64,000 nt of DNA from Octopus sinensis. Lineage: Eukaryota. The stretch is taken from NCBI RefSeq assembly GCF_006345805.1, contig NC_043013.1:23808001-23872000 (forward strand), written 5' to 3'. The position numbers and the translations under genes are program-made. Under the pieces are notes generated by a model. That model had not been told where the DNA came from. It saw only the letters and a program-made list of their open reading frames with translations, and did no database searches. This document shows, one piece after another, positions 34,585 through 48,027 of the stretch. The stretch's first letter is position 1. Each line of letters starts with the position of its first letter.

Positions 34585-35929
34585 TGAAGGAAAACGATGA
34601 AGTCTTTTATCCTTATTATTTTAGTAAGCATCAATCTACGCGTGTGATTTGTGTATTTTCAAATCCAAGTTAATCTACCCCCCACACACATTTTTTTTTT
34701 TGTGCATTCGTTATTTTGGGACTAAGGCTCGATTATTTTGTTATTAACATTAGTGTGTAGTAGGGGCAAATAACAGTTGATACTATGTAGGAATGTATAA
34801 CAGTACAAATTCATTCTCCGTGCCTCTTTCTAATGACTAATATGACCTAATTTTATCCTTTTCTTCGCTTTTCTCATCCAACTTGCTCATCTTTTTTGCA
34901 CAGTATTTCTTATTGTTTTGCAAAGTTCGCTTGTATGCCATAATCTTTTGCATTATTGGCGAGTTTTAGTTATTTTAAAACTATGCTCGCATTCGCATTT
35001 CAGCAACTGCTTCTAGAGAGAAGGCTTTACAAGCATATTTGATATTTAATTAAAGGTTGCATACTTTAATGGTACCAAATGTTTCAAAAGTAGAAAATCT
35101 CTTTGAATAAGGATATCTGTAAAATAATATACAGTGCAGGTTAGCTATTTAAGGAGCACCTGCTGTGTGAAAACATCTGAAGTAAGGCGCTTTCAGAATC
35201 ATTTTCAACTGGAATTGGTTTTTGCTGCTTACTGGTATTTTTGGATGTGCAGAATCTTTGTCATTCTTACAGAAGAAATAACATTTTTACTTGTTTCAAG
35301 CGACATAATTGTTTTGTTAGTATTGAAATTTAATTATAATTCTAGCCATGATGTCACGTATCCATGCTCTATACTCACAGTTCAGTCTAGCATTGCCGAA
35401 TAATTTAAAGAGCAGCAGTTAAGCACCAACGGCTCCCTGAACTCGTGTGCTGTAATTATGATGAAGCAACTCCAACACACATTATTTATATGTAAGCACA
35501 ACTAACTTGTCTCTGTCAGAGAATTTAACATCGGTAATATGTTATTCTACCCCCTCGCCTCTACATTGATGTAGGGTTCTTATGAATTTCTCTAATGACA
35601 TGAGTTTTAGTTAATTTATTGTTTCCTATCATGCAAAGAAAAAAAAGCAAAATAACTGCGTGCACACGTCCGTAATGTTGCACATGGTGAGAATTTTTTT
35701 AGTCATTAAATAAACCAGATTAAAATTCCATCAAAAAGCAAAAAATAAAATAATAATAATAAATGGTTTTTTTTTTTTTGATTTTCATTCATTCAGTTAA
35801 AATAATTGCAAATGTATCGACATATGCTCCACTTCTCTACATTAACCTATTTAGATTTGTTGATTTGCAATATATTCTTTGGTAAATAAATTATAATGTT
35901 TATTTTAACTTCTTCTTACTACTACTACT

Positions 35930-37200
35930 ATTCCGCCGAGGTCGACTTTGCCTTTCATCCTTCCAGGATCGATAAATTAAGTACCAGCCAAGTACTGGGG
36001 TCAATGTGATCGATTGTCCCCCTCCCCACAAAAGTTCAGGCCTTGTGCCTATAGAAAAAATTATTATTATTATTATCATTACTGTGCCAGACAAAATGCT
36101 TGGTGTCATTTTTTCACTTACTTTGTTGAAATTCTGCTGAGGTTGCCTTTCATCTTTTCGGGTCAAGAAAATAAGCACCAGTTGAATGCTGTGGTTGAAA
36201 TTGCAGGGCTTGTGCCAAAAGTTTGAAATCATTATTACTATTATAATTATTAAGGTGGCAAGCTGGCAGAATCGTTACCACGCTTGGCGAAATGCTTCGC
36301 GGCATTTCGTCTGTCCTTACGTTCTGAGTTCAAATTCCACCGAGGTCAACTTTGCCTTTCATCCTTTCGGGGTCGATAAATTAAGTACCAGTGAAGTACT
36401 GGGGTCGATGTGATCAACTGCCCCACCTCCCCCTCAATTTCAGGCCTTGTGCCTATAGTAGGAAGGATTGTTATTATTTTGTAGAGCGGCAAGCTGGCAA
36501 AATTGTAAGCATGCTGGGGGAAATGCTTAGCGGCATTTCGTCCATCCTTATGTTCTGAGTTCAAATTCCGTCCAGGTTGACTTTGTCTTTCATTCTTTTG
36601 GGGGTCAATAAATCATCAGTGATACACTGAGGGTTGATGTAATTGACTAGGCCCCTCCGCCTTTAGTAGAAAGGATTATTAAGATGGCAAGAGTATGATT
36701 AGTGGCATTTCTTCCAGCTCTGCGTTTAGGTTCAGATGTCACCATGGTCAACTTAGCCTTTCATCCTTTCAGGGTCAATGAAATAAGTACTGGTTAAGTA
36801 CTGGGGTTGATGTAAATGACTTATCTCCACCCTGAAAAATTTTAAGCATTATGCCGATGGCAGAAAAATTATTATTATTGTTAAAGTGGCAAGTTAGCAG
36901 AAAAGGGAATATGTATAAATATGTGGCTTTTTGCAGTCTGAACTCAGATGCCACCAAGGGTTGATAAAATAAAGTACCAGTCAAGTACTGACAGCAGGAG
37001 GCGGGGTTAGATACTCGACTATCCCCTCCCTCCCTTCAAAATTGCTGGTCTTATATCAGAAATATTAAGGTAGTGAGCTTGGCAGAATCGTTAGTGCACC
37101 AGAAAAATGCCTAGCAACATATCTTCCAACTTACTAAGTTCTAATGCCACCAATGAAGGGTCGAGAAAATAAGCACCACATGAGTACTATGATCAATGTA
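35930..37200 (+). mobile_element. Cluster of about six head-to-tail copies or fragments of SINE family S1. Other S1 copies at 2724, 5790(-), 18440(-), 26060(-), 55975, 56958(-), 63620
   Basis: Recurring AAGGTGGCAAGCTGGCAGAATCG...GAGTTCAAATTCC...CCTTTCATCCTTTCGGGGTCGATAAA...AGTACCAG, separated by (ATT)n tails. Confidence 0.85.
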
Positions 37201-37233
37201 AATGACTTAGATATACATATATATATCTGCATG

Positions 37234-37259
<26 letters not shown>

Positions 37260-37275
<16 letters not shown>

Positions 37276-37280
37276 GTATG

Positions 37281-37322
<42 letters not shown>

Positions 37323-37434
37323 GTATGTATGTATGTATATATATATGCAGTTATACATACATATATATGCATATCAGTATGTGTGTGTGTATATATATAT
37401 ACATATATATATATATGCATATCGGTATGTGTGC

Positions 37435-37471
<37 letters not shown>

Positions 37472-37613
37472 CATTAAATACATACATCCAAACATTAAAT
37501 GCACAACCAAGAGTTACTAATAGTTTCATGCCTTCATGATACCTGAACAGGTATATGTATAAAATACTCCATGTATCTTAAAGCAATCTTTCAGGCTCTG
37601 TTTATATGTATGA

Positions 37614-37657
<44 letters not shown>

Positions 37658-38030
37658 GTATGTGTGTGTGTGTGTATGTATATATATATATATCATCATC
37701 GTTTAATGTCCGCTTTCCATGCTAGCATGGGTTGGATGATTTGACTGAGGACTGGCGAACCAGATCGCTGCACCAGGTACCAATCTGATCGTGGAACAAA
37801 AATGCAATAGAGGACAATAAAACAGCTGGACAGATAGGCAATGCAAAGGCGGAGAGGAAAAAAATGGATGGGTCATTTGTGGCCTTCTTTCATCAGTCAA
37901 GTTTCGGGCAGTTACACTTGAGACTGTTTGAATCAGGTTGCCCCCAAAAAGTCTAAGTTAAGAGTATTAGATTTCTTGTAAGAAAGCAAGCAAATGTTTA
38001 CAACAAAGATAAAAAGACAGAGAACATATG

Positions 38031-38078
<48 letters not shown>

Positions 38079-38395
38079 ATATGTCTATATGTATGTTTGT
38101 ATGTATATATCTATATAAGTGCAGATATATATATTATATATATATATATAATATATATATATATATGTATATATATGAATGTATATATATGTATGTATAT
38201 AAGTATGTATATATGTGTATGTGTATGTGCCTGCATATATATATGTGCATGTATATATATATATATATGTATGTATATATATGTGTGTATATATGTATAT
38301 GTATGTATATATGTATATGTATGTATATATATGAATGTATATATATGTATATATGTATATGTATGTATATATATATATGTATATGTATGTATATA

Positions 38396-38445
<50 letters not shown>

Positions 38446-38468
38446 GTATGTATGTATGTATATATATA

Positions 38469-38500
<32 letters not shown>

Positions 38501-39209
38501 ATATATATATATATATAATGTATGTATGTATATATATATATGCAGTTATACATACATATATATGCATATCAGTATGTGTGTGTGTATATATATACATATA
38601 TATATATGCATATCGGTATGTGTGCGTGTGTATATATATATAATATATATATATACATACATTAAATACATACATCCAAACATTAAATGCACAACCAAGA
38701 GTTACTAATAGTTTCATGCCTTCATGATACCTGAACAGGTATATGTATAAAATACTCCATGTATCTTAAAGCAATCTTTCAGGCTCTGTTTATATGTATG
38801 AGTGTGTGTGTATATATATATATATATATTATATATATGTATATGTATGTATGTATGTATGTATATATATATATATCATCATCGTTTAATGTCCGCTTTC
38901 CATGCTAGCATGGGTTGGATGATTTGACTGAGGACTGGCGAACCAGATCGCTGCACCAGGTACCAATCTGATCGTGGAACAAAAATGCAATAGAGGACAA
39001 TAAAACAGCTGGACAGATAGGCAATGCAAAGGCGGAGAGGAAAAAAAATGGATGGGTCATTTGTGGCCTTCTTTCATCAGTCAAGTTTCGGGCAGTTACA
39101 CTTGAGACTGTTTGAATCTGGTTGCCCCCAAAAAGTCTAAGTTAAGAATATTAGATTTCTTGTAAGAAAGCAAGCAAATGTTTACAACAAAGATAAAAAG
39201 ACAGAGAAC

Positions 39210-39259
<50 letters not shown>

Positions 39260-39303
39260 ATATGTCTATATGTATGTTTGTATGTATATATCTATATAAG
39301 TGC

Positions 39304-39345
<42 letters not shown>

Positions 39346-39462
39346 GTATGTATATATATGAATGTATATATATGTATGTATATAAGTATGTATATATGTG
39401 TATGTGTATGTGCCTGCATATATATATGTGCATGTATATATATATTATATGTATGTATATGT

Positions 39463-39493
<31 letters not shown>

Positions 39494-39588
39494 TGTATAT
39501 ATATGTATATGTATGTATATATATATGTATATGTATGTATATATATATATGTATATGTATGTATATATATATATGTATATGTATGTAT

Positions 39589-39620
<32 letters not shown>

Positions 39621-39700
39621 GTATGTATATGTATGTATGTATATATATGTATATGTATATGTATGTATATGTATATATATGTATATATATATATATATAT
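37260..39700. repeat. Tandem duplication of a ~1.19-kb unit
   Basis: Anchors at 37347/38542 and 37994/39178. Non-microsatellite sequence is identical apart from A37935/T39119, G37964/A39148 and an A7/A8 run. Confidence 0.92.
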
Positions 39701-40074
39701 AGGCATGTATATATGTATATATATATTCATGTATATCTGTATATATACATGCATGTATATAGTGTATATATATATGCATGTATATATATATATATACACA
39801 TATATACAGCACCCCCTCGCCCTGAATAGTTTCTGTGCCGGTGGCACGTAGAAAGCACCCGCTACACTCTCGGAGTGGTTGGCATTATGAAGGGCATCCA
39901 GCTGTAGAAACACTGCTAGATCAGACTAGAGCTTGATGCAGCCACCTGGCTTGCTAGACCTCAGGCTAACTGTCCAACCCATGCCAGCATGGAAAGTTAA
40001 ACGATGATGATGGTGATGTATATATAGTATATATATATATATATATGCATGCATATATGTATAAGCATATATAT

Positions 40075-40635
40075 CATCATCATCGTTTAACATCCATTTT
40101 CCATGCTCCAGTCTGATCTGGCAGCATTTCTACAGCTGGATGCTCTTCCTGCCAACCACTTCTAGAGTGTAATGGGTGCTTTTTACGTGCTACTTGAACA
40201 GGGGCCAGAGGAGGCTGGCAAAGACCAAGATCGATTGGTACTTTTTATGTTCCACTGGCATAGAGATCACAACTACTATTTCCATTTGATTTTGATGTAC
40301 TTGACTGAATAGGTCCCCTCAAGCACAGCATGTAGCCCTACGATCCAAGGTACTTTTGAATTGGCTTAGACTGGTTATGTAGCACCAGTGTAGGCTACAG
40401 CTCTGAATTCACTTTATTTGCTGGGTCTTCACAGTCACAGTGTACTTGCAGAGGTCTCGTTCTTTCATCATCACCTCTGTGAGGCCCAATGTTCGAAGGT
40501 CATGCTTCACCACCTCCTCCCATGTCTTCCTGGGTCTACTTCTACTCCGGTTTCCTTCAACTGTTTAGGAGTGACAGTTTTTCACAAAGCTCTCCTCGTC
40601 CATCCCTAGTACATGACCATACCAGTGCAAACGTC
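40075..40635 (-). mobile_element. RTE LINE 3' end (last codons plus UTR). Short tail-only copies at ~1741, 6580, 15640, 16520, 19255, 21345, 37692, 38875, 39810, 40921, 42770, 43705, 44420, 46545, 53020, 61803, 62745
   Basis: Minus strand [26 protein letters not shown] leads into the same UTR. The UTR ends CCATGCTAGCATGGAAAGCGGACGTTAAACGATGATGATG in the ~20 dispersed copies. Confidence 0.85.
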
Positions 40636-40662
40636 TCTCTTGCACATACATACATGCATGTA

Positions 40663-40699
<37 letters not shown>

Positions 40700-41231
40700 G
40701 TGTGTGTATATATATATATGTGTGTGTGTGTATATATATATATATGTGTGGTGTATATATATATATATGTGTGTGTGTGTATATATATATATATATGTTG
40801 TGTGTGTTATATATATATATGTGTGTGTGTGTATATATATATATATTATGTGTATGTGAATATATATATATATATATATATAATATATATATATATATAT
40901 GCATGTATATATATATATAAAAAGCACCATCTTGTCGTGGCCGTTTGCCAGCCCCGTCTGGCAACTGTGCCGGTGGCACATAAAAAGCACCCACTACACT
41001 CACGGAGTGGTTGGCGTTAGGAAGGGCATCCAGCCGTAGAAACATTGCCATATCAGACTGGGCCTGGTGCAGCCTTCTGGCTTCCCAGACCCCAGTTGAA
41101 CCATCCAACCCATACTAGCATGGAAAGCGGACGCTGAATGATGATGATATATGTGCATATATATATATATATATATATTTATGCATGTACATATATATAT
41201 ATATATATATATATGCATATATATTTGCATG

Positions 41232-41263
<32 letters not shown>

Positions 41264-41515
41264 GAGTGGTTGTATACTGTCAACTTAACGTGATAGTCCA
41301 CCGCTGTTTAGCCCTAGGAAGCATCGACGCTTCCTGTCGGCCTTGACACATTTCCTGTGTCCTTATATATTTACGAAGGGGAGACAAACACCCCTAGCTG
41401 TTGGGGGTGTTTGTCTCCCAACACCCCCAAGCTGTCGATGCTTCCTAGGGCTAAACAGCAGTGGTGTAATTCCCTTACAGGACTGTCACGTTAAGTTGAC
41501 AGTATACAACCACTC
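41264..41515. mobile_element. TA-flanked foldback element with nested hairpins
   Basis: TA|GAGTGGTTGTATACTGTCAACTTAACGTGA...TCACGTTAAGTTGACAGTATACAACCACTC|TA. Second inverted block CTGTTTAGCCCTAGGAAGCATCGAC. Inner hairpin GGGAGACAAACACCCC/GGGGTGTTTGTCTCCC. Confidence 0.75.
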
Positions 41516-41567
41516 TATCGCTCCACCACCGTACACATCTCTATGAGATATTTAGAAATTAAATATT

Positions 41568-41570
<3 letters not shown>

Positions 41571-41621
<51 letters not shown>

Positions 41622-41694
41622 TATATATATATATATATATATAGTATGTATGTATATTATATATATATATATAGATATATGTATGTATGTATAT

Positions 41695-41741
<47 letters not shown>

Positions 41742-42115
41742 GTATATATATATGTATGTATGTATATTATATATATGTATGTATGTATATATATATATAT
41801 ATGTATGTATGTATATATATAATATTATATATATGTATATTATATATATGTATGTATATATATATAGGTATGTATATATATATATATATATATATGTATG
41901 TAATATATATATATATATGTATGTATATATATATATATATAGTATGTATATAATATATATATATATGCATATATATATGTATAATATATGTATGTATATA
42001 TATATATGTATATATATATATATGTATGTATGTATATATATATATATATATGTATGTATATATATATATATAGTATGTATATATATATATATATGTATGT
42101 ATATTATATATATAG

Positions 42116-42184
<69 letters not shown>

Positions 42185-42580
42185 ATATATATATATGTAT
42201 GTATATATTATATATATATGTATGTATATATATATATATATGTATGATATATATATATGTGTATATATATATATATATAATATATGTATGTATATATATA
42301 TAGATGTATGTATAATATATATATATATAGGTATGTATATATATATATGTATGTAATATATATATATATAGATATGTATATATATATATAATGTATGTAT
42401 ATATATATATATGTATGTATATATATATATATATATGTATGTATATATATATATATATGTATGTATATATATATATAGGTATGTATATATATATATATGT
42501 AGTATATATATATATAATATGTATGTATATATATATATATGTATGATATATATATATATAATGTATGTATATATAATATG

Positions 42581-42612
<32 letters not shown>
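41571..42612. repeat. ~1-kb compound (TA)n/(TATG)n microsatellite; many smaller TA/TG/CA/ATCT/CAT tracts throughout
   Basis: Directly visible. It produces the spurious Tyr/Ile-rich ORFs in the track. Confidence 0.97.
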
Positions 42613-42615
<3 letters not shown>

Positions 42616-43282
42616 CAAATAAGAAAATGGAGAAACAAATTTAGTTTGTTCATCAGCTTACGGGGTCGATTTGCTCGTCTAAAAAGGCGGTGCTCCAGCA
42701 TGGCCGCAGTCAAATGACTGAAACAAGTAAAAGAGTAAAAAGAGTAAAAAGAGAATATATCAAAATCAATTTGATGACTAGCATTCGTGCTAGCGGGGTG
42801 CAAAGCGCACCATACGAGTGTGATCGTTGACAGAGCGGCTATACAAGTATGATCGTTACCAGCGTCGCCTTACTGGCACTTATGCCTGTGCTAGTAGGGT
42901 GCCAAGAGCACCATCTCAGCATTGCCAGAGCAGCCAACTAGCTTCTGTACCCATGGCATGTAAAAGGGCACCATTCGAGCGTGATCGTTACCTACATTGT
43001 TTCACTGGCATGTGTAAAAAGATTCCAGCGAGGTCGTTGCCAGTTCCACCTGACTGGCCCCCGTGCCGGTGGCACGTAAAAAGCACCCACTACACTCTCG
43101 GAGTGGTTGGCATTAGGAAGGGCATCCAGCTGTAGAAACTCTGCCAGATCAAGATTGGAGCCTGATGCAGCCATCTGGCTCGCCAGCCCTCACTCAAAAT
43201 CGACCGACCCATGCTAGCATTGAAAGCGGACGTTAAACGATGATGATGAATATATATATATGTTTATATGTATGTATGTATA

Positions 43283-43356
<74 letters not shown>

Positions 43357-43596
43357 AAATATGTATGTATATATGTATATATATGCATATATATATGTAT
43401 ATGCATATATGTTTGTATATATGTATATATATGCATATATGTATATATATATATGCATATATGTATGTATATATATTATATATATATATATATGTATATA
43501 TATATGTGTGTGTGTATGTATATATATATATGTACATGCGTGTATGTATATATATATGTACATGCGTGTATGTATATATATATGTACATGTATGTA

Positions 43597-43645
<49 letters not shown>

Positions 43646-44092
43646 TGTATTTGTATGTATGCATGTATATATGTATGTATATATGCAGGTATATGTATGT
43701 ATGAGCCTCATCATCTATTATCTGCATTGCATGATGGCATAGGTTAGATGGTGAGATAGAATCTGGTATGCTGGAGAGCTGCATCGGTTGCAATCTGACT
43801 TGGCATCGTTTCTATGGCTGCATGCCCTTCCTAACACCAACTACTTAATGGGTGTTTTTCAATTGACTGTTACATGACAGCGGGATCAGCCACAGCTGTG
43901 ATTTTATTTGGCTTGCCGAGTCTTCTCAAGCATGGCATATTGCAAAAGGTCTTTGTCACTTATCACCTCCGTGAGGCCCAATGTTCAAAGTGTGTTTTCC
44001 ATGTGCCACCCGTATGGGTGCCTGTTATGTGACGCCATCATAATCGTTTAATGTCCGTTTTCCGTGCTAGCATATATATATATATCTGTGTC

Positions 44093-44127
<35 letters not shown>

Positions 44128-44376
44128 CTGTGTCGGTGTGTGTGTATATATCTTATATAATATATATATATATATACATATATATGGCACATGGTCTAGT
44201 GGTTAGGGTTTTGCACTTATGATTCTGAGGTTGTGATTTCAGTTCCTACATTGGGTGGTGCATTGCGCTCTTGAGCAAAACACTTCATTTCATGTCCCTC
44301 TGCGATCACTTTGACACCATGCATATGTTCAGGGAAAGATAATTCGATGGACAGACTGAGCTAATGTACATGTACG

Positions 44377-44417
<41 letters not shown>

Positions 44418-44619
44418 TATATATCATCATCGCCATCGATTAACGTCTGCTTTCCATGCTGGCATGGGTTGGACAGTGTGACTGAGGGCTGGCGAACCAG
44501 AAGGCTGAACCAGATTCCAATCCGTATGTATGTATATATATATATAAGCACAGGCATAGCTGTGTGGTAAGAAGCTTGCTTCCCAACTACATAGTTCAAG
44601 ATTCAGTCTCACTGTGGGT

Positions 44620-45070
44620 TCTGGGTTCAGCCCCTCTTTGCGAGATTCCCAGCATCGACCTTTGCATGGCTCCCTGTGCCGTAAGCAGATATTGTTGTTC
44701 TCTCTTCATCGAGGCCAAAGTCTCACATTGTAGGCAAGACTGTGCTCTTGAAGAGATAAGCATGAGTTGCCTTGTCTAGGCTCACCTTCAGCACATCCTT
44801 CACTGAGTTGAACACTCTCGATCCTTCTCTTACCCTTCACGAGATCCCATTCTCCATCTCCTGCCCCATAGTCACTTCTTGACCAAAATACACATAGCTG
44901 CTCACCTCTTCTATTTCATCACCTCCAACTGTTTGGCAACAAATTGCTACACCTTCATACTGTGTGTACTTGGTTTTCGTACAGTTGACCTTCAGGCCAA
45001 CCACCGAATCCCTGAAATCCATCTAAGATTCACTGACAACATAGCACTGATCAGCTACAGATTATGCTGG
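44620..45070 (-). mobile_element. Old RTE LINE RT remnant
   Basis: HLRFTDNIALIS...VGLKVNCTKTKY...IEEVSSYVYFGQEV, corresponding to FADD / GL.IN..KTK / YVYLG motifs. Confidence 0.75.
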
Positions 45071-45434
45071 CCAATATATATGTGTGTGTGTGTGCGTATT
45101 GTTGACATGAGTTGGTAATGCATTATTTGGACATTACTCTAGTGGTGCCTAAATGGGCTCTTAGCATCATAGTATTAAATTCTCATTAGAATTGTATTTT
45201 GTATTCTTATTCAACACTTATTACACCACATAAATGCTTTTCTACTCGTGTAGAGCATTCAGAATTAAAGAATCTTTAAATAGAATTTCACTTCTTGATT
45301 GGTTTATGATCATTCTAGCACAGGATTGTGCAAGATTTATTTTTCCTTAATTTTTTTTATCATGACTTCAGTTTGCATTTCTCATCCTCTGAATAAATTA
45401 GGTGTATCACTAAGTAGATTTAAACAGTTTCTTC

Positions 45435-45495
<61 letters not shown>

Positions 45496-47487
45496 TTTCT
45501 TTGACCCCCCTCCCCTACCTTTTTATCCTTTATAACAAATAATAAATAAATGATAATTCTTATAGCCAAAGACTTGGATTTTTCCCTTTGATCAACATTT
45601 TAATGACCTTTCATACTATTGGTGTAATTTAGTTATTTCACCAGCTGTTTCAAGAAAAAATGCTGATAAAGTGTTGTTAAATTTGTTTAATTTTTAAAAC
45701 TTTATTTCAGGGACAGTGAATAGTTTACATAGCTGATTCTGTGAGTTGTTGGGAGTGTACAACCAGGATGTAATCTATCTTGACATTGGGGTGTGATTTT
45801 AGGATTTTGCACTCTGATATCAAAACTTATTTTTGTAACTGGTTTATATATTTTTCATGACTTTTATTTATCTTACAAAATAAGCTGAAAGAAAAGTCAA
45901 TTGCTATGACATTTATGCAAGCATTAATTAGGATAGTGTTTTATCAAATGATCCAACTGCAATGTGATGTATTATATTCCAGCTGACCTTATTCAACATG
46001 AACATATATATTTTTTTCCATCTAACTTGTATAGGAAAAAAAGTAAATTAAGGAAAACATTAAAATCATCTTCTCTAAGCTGTCATGAAATACAATCAAA
46101 ACTTTTCATTTAGGTTCCAGGGGGGAATAGATAGGAAATATAAGTAACTAGAAACCATATTTTTATTTGTGGTGTTTATACATTTTGAAAAAATATACTC
46201 AAACAATAAACTTTTTCAGAAATAGCATTGAACTTATAAGGTACAATTATAAACATAAACTGTTAAGATGAGTTGAGTATTTTTTTTTTTTTTCGTTTCC
46301 ATGCTCAATGCCATGAGTTCTCTGTTAGATGTGTAATCTTGTTCTACAGCCTATTTCGGTAGCATGTTGCATGCAAAATTTTCAATTATGCATTTTTCTG
46401 TTTCAGAAACTTCAGATTAACAGCTATTAGTAAAGTACAACAATATGGTATTTTACAAACATGTAAAATATTAGAGGCAGCACTCTGTCTGTAGCAAAAC
46501 ACTAGACTGGTTTGAGATTGCTAACAACATTAGCAATGACACATCATCGTTATCATCATTTAACATCCATGGAACGTTAAAAGCACCATCTGAGCGTGAT
46601 CGTTGCCAGGGCCACTGACTGGCTCCTGTGCTGGTGGCACGTAAAAAGCACCATTTGAGCATGATTGTTGCCAGTGGCACGTGAAAGACAACATTCAAGC
46701 GTGGTCATTACCAGTGCCGCCAGACTGGCTCCTGTGCAGATGGCACGTAAAAAACACCTTTTGAGCATGGTCGTTGCCAGTACTGCCTGACTAGCTCTCA
46801 TGCCAGTGGCATGTAAAAGCACACACAACACTCTCAGAGTGGTTGGCACTAGGAAGGGCATCCAGCCATAGAAGCTTTGCCAGATCAGATTGAGCCTGGT
46901 GCAGCCATCTGGTTCGCCAGTCCTCAGTCAAACCATTCAACCCATGCCAGCATGGAAAGCGGACGTTAAATGATGATGATGATTTTCCATGCTGACATGG
47001 GTTGTAAGATTTGACAAGATCTGCAGGATTGCATGAAGCTCCAATGCCAGCTCTGGCTTGGTTCCTACTGCCGGATACCCTTCTTAATAGCACCCTTCCT
47101 AAAAGCTAGTGTGTATGAAGTATCCTTGTTTGTTACATGGCAGCAGTACAAATCTTTTGATTTTTCTTTCTTGTGTTTAGTGTTTGTCTGTTCCTATGAT
47201 CAAAAGCATTCCACTCTATCTTATGAGGCATAAAACAACTACATTTTCTGATGTGTCCTACTTTTAAGATGTGTGATTTGATTGTTAGCTGGTCAAGTGA
47301 TTCATTCTTTGTTTTGATTTTGATTTTTCCTGTTTATCTCCAGATTAAACAAACCAATGAGAAGCTTTTTTCTTGGCTACATTATTTTGTTGTTCACTGT
47401 GTCCTTCCATTTTTAAAACAGTAGGGTGGAATTTAAAGGGGAATTGGGTACTATTTTGGTTAGATTGAGTTACCACATAGATGCCCT

Positions 47488-47716
47488 TTAACCCTTTAGC
47501 ATTTAAACCGGCCATATCCGGCCAAAAATATTCTGCCTGTTGTATGTTCAAACTGGCCAGATCTGGTCTCTCACACCAACCCAACAATATCGTTTTAAAA
47601 ATTAACAGCTATCTCATCAAAATCTCATAGCTACAAGATAATGCATGATTAATACAAAACAATATGGATGAAGAAGCATTAATTTTGGCAGAATAATGCG
47701 AACACTGAAGGGTTAA
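47488..47716. mobile_element. piggyBac-type MITE; same family at 60011-60234 (inverted) and 63687-63914
   Basis: TTAA|CCCTT...AAGGG|TTAA termini in all three copies, with shared internal sequence. Confidence 0.85.
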
Positions 47717-48027
47717 ACTTGTGATTTGCCTTTTTATTCACCTTCAGTGATATGTTTTATTATTAGCAGAAATTTATCTTTTCTGAATATGATGCATTTT
47801 GATTCTTTTTTGACACAGGTGTTTTAAATGGATTTGATTGAATTTTATTGGAAATTATTCTCCTTTTCTACTGACTAGAATAGATAGGCAGAGGCATAAA
47901 TAGTAAAAAAATGGAAGAAGGTGATATGATATTGGAAACAATAATTTGGAATAAGTAGTACAATATATTAAGATTTATAATATATCTTGAAGCATTTTCT
48001 CCCGATGGAGTCCCTTTCTCTGATATA

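Noticed and set aside
37880-37915. Minus-strand CCCGAAAC-TTGA-CTGATGA, containing both hammerhead core halves (duplicated at ~39065)
   Set aside because: Only 5 nt separate GAAA from CUGAUGA, too few for stems III and I, so no valid topology.
37134-43793. Many long ORFs (up to 369 aa) rich in Y, I, M, C, V, H, T
   Set aside because: They are translations of (TA)n/(TATG)n/(CA)n microsatellites and are open on both strands.
46570-46830. Array of ~35-50-bp repeats superficially like CRISPR
   Set aside because: Eukaryotic DNA, degenerate units without unique spacers, and no cas genes. It is the tandem module of the RTE 3' UTR.
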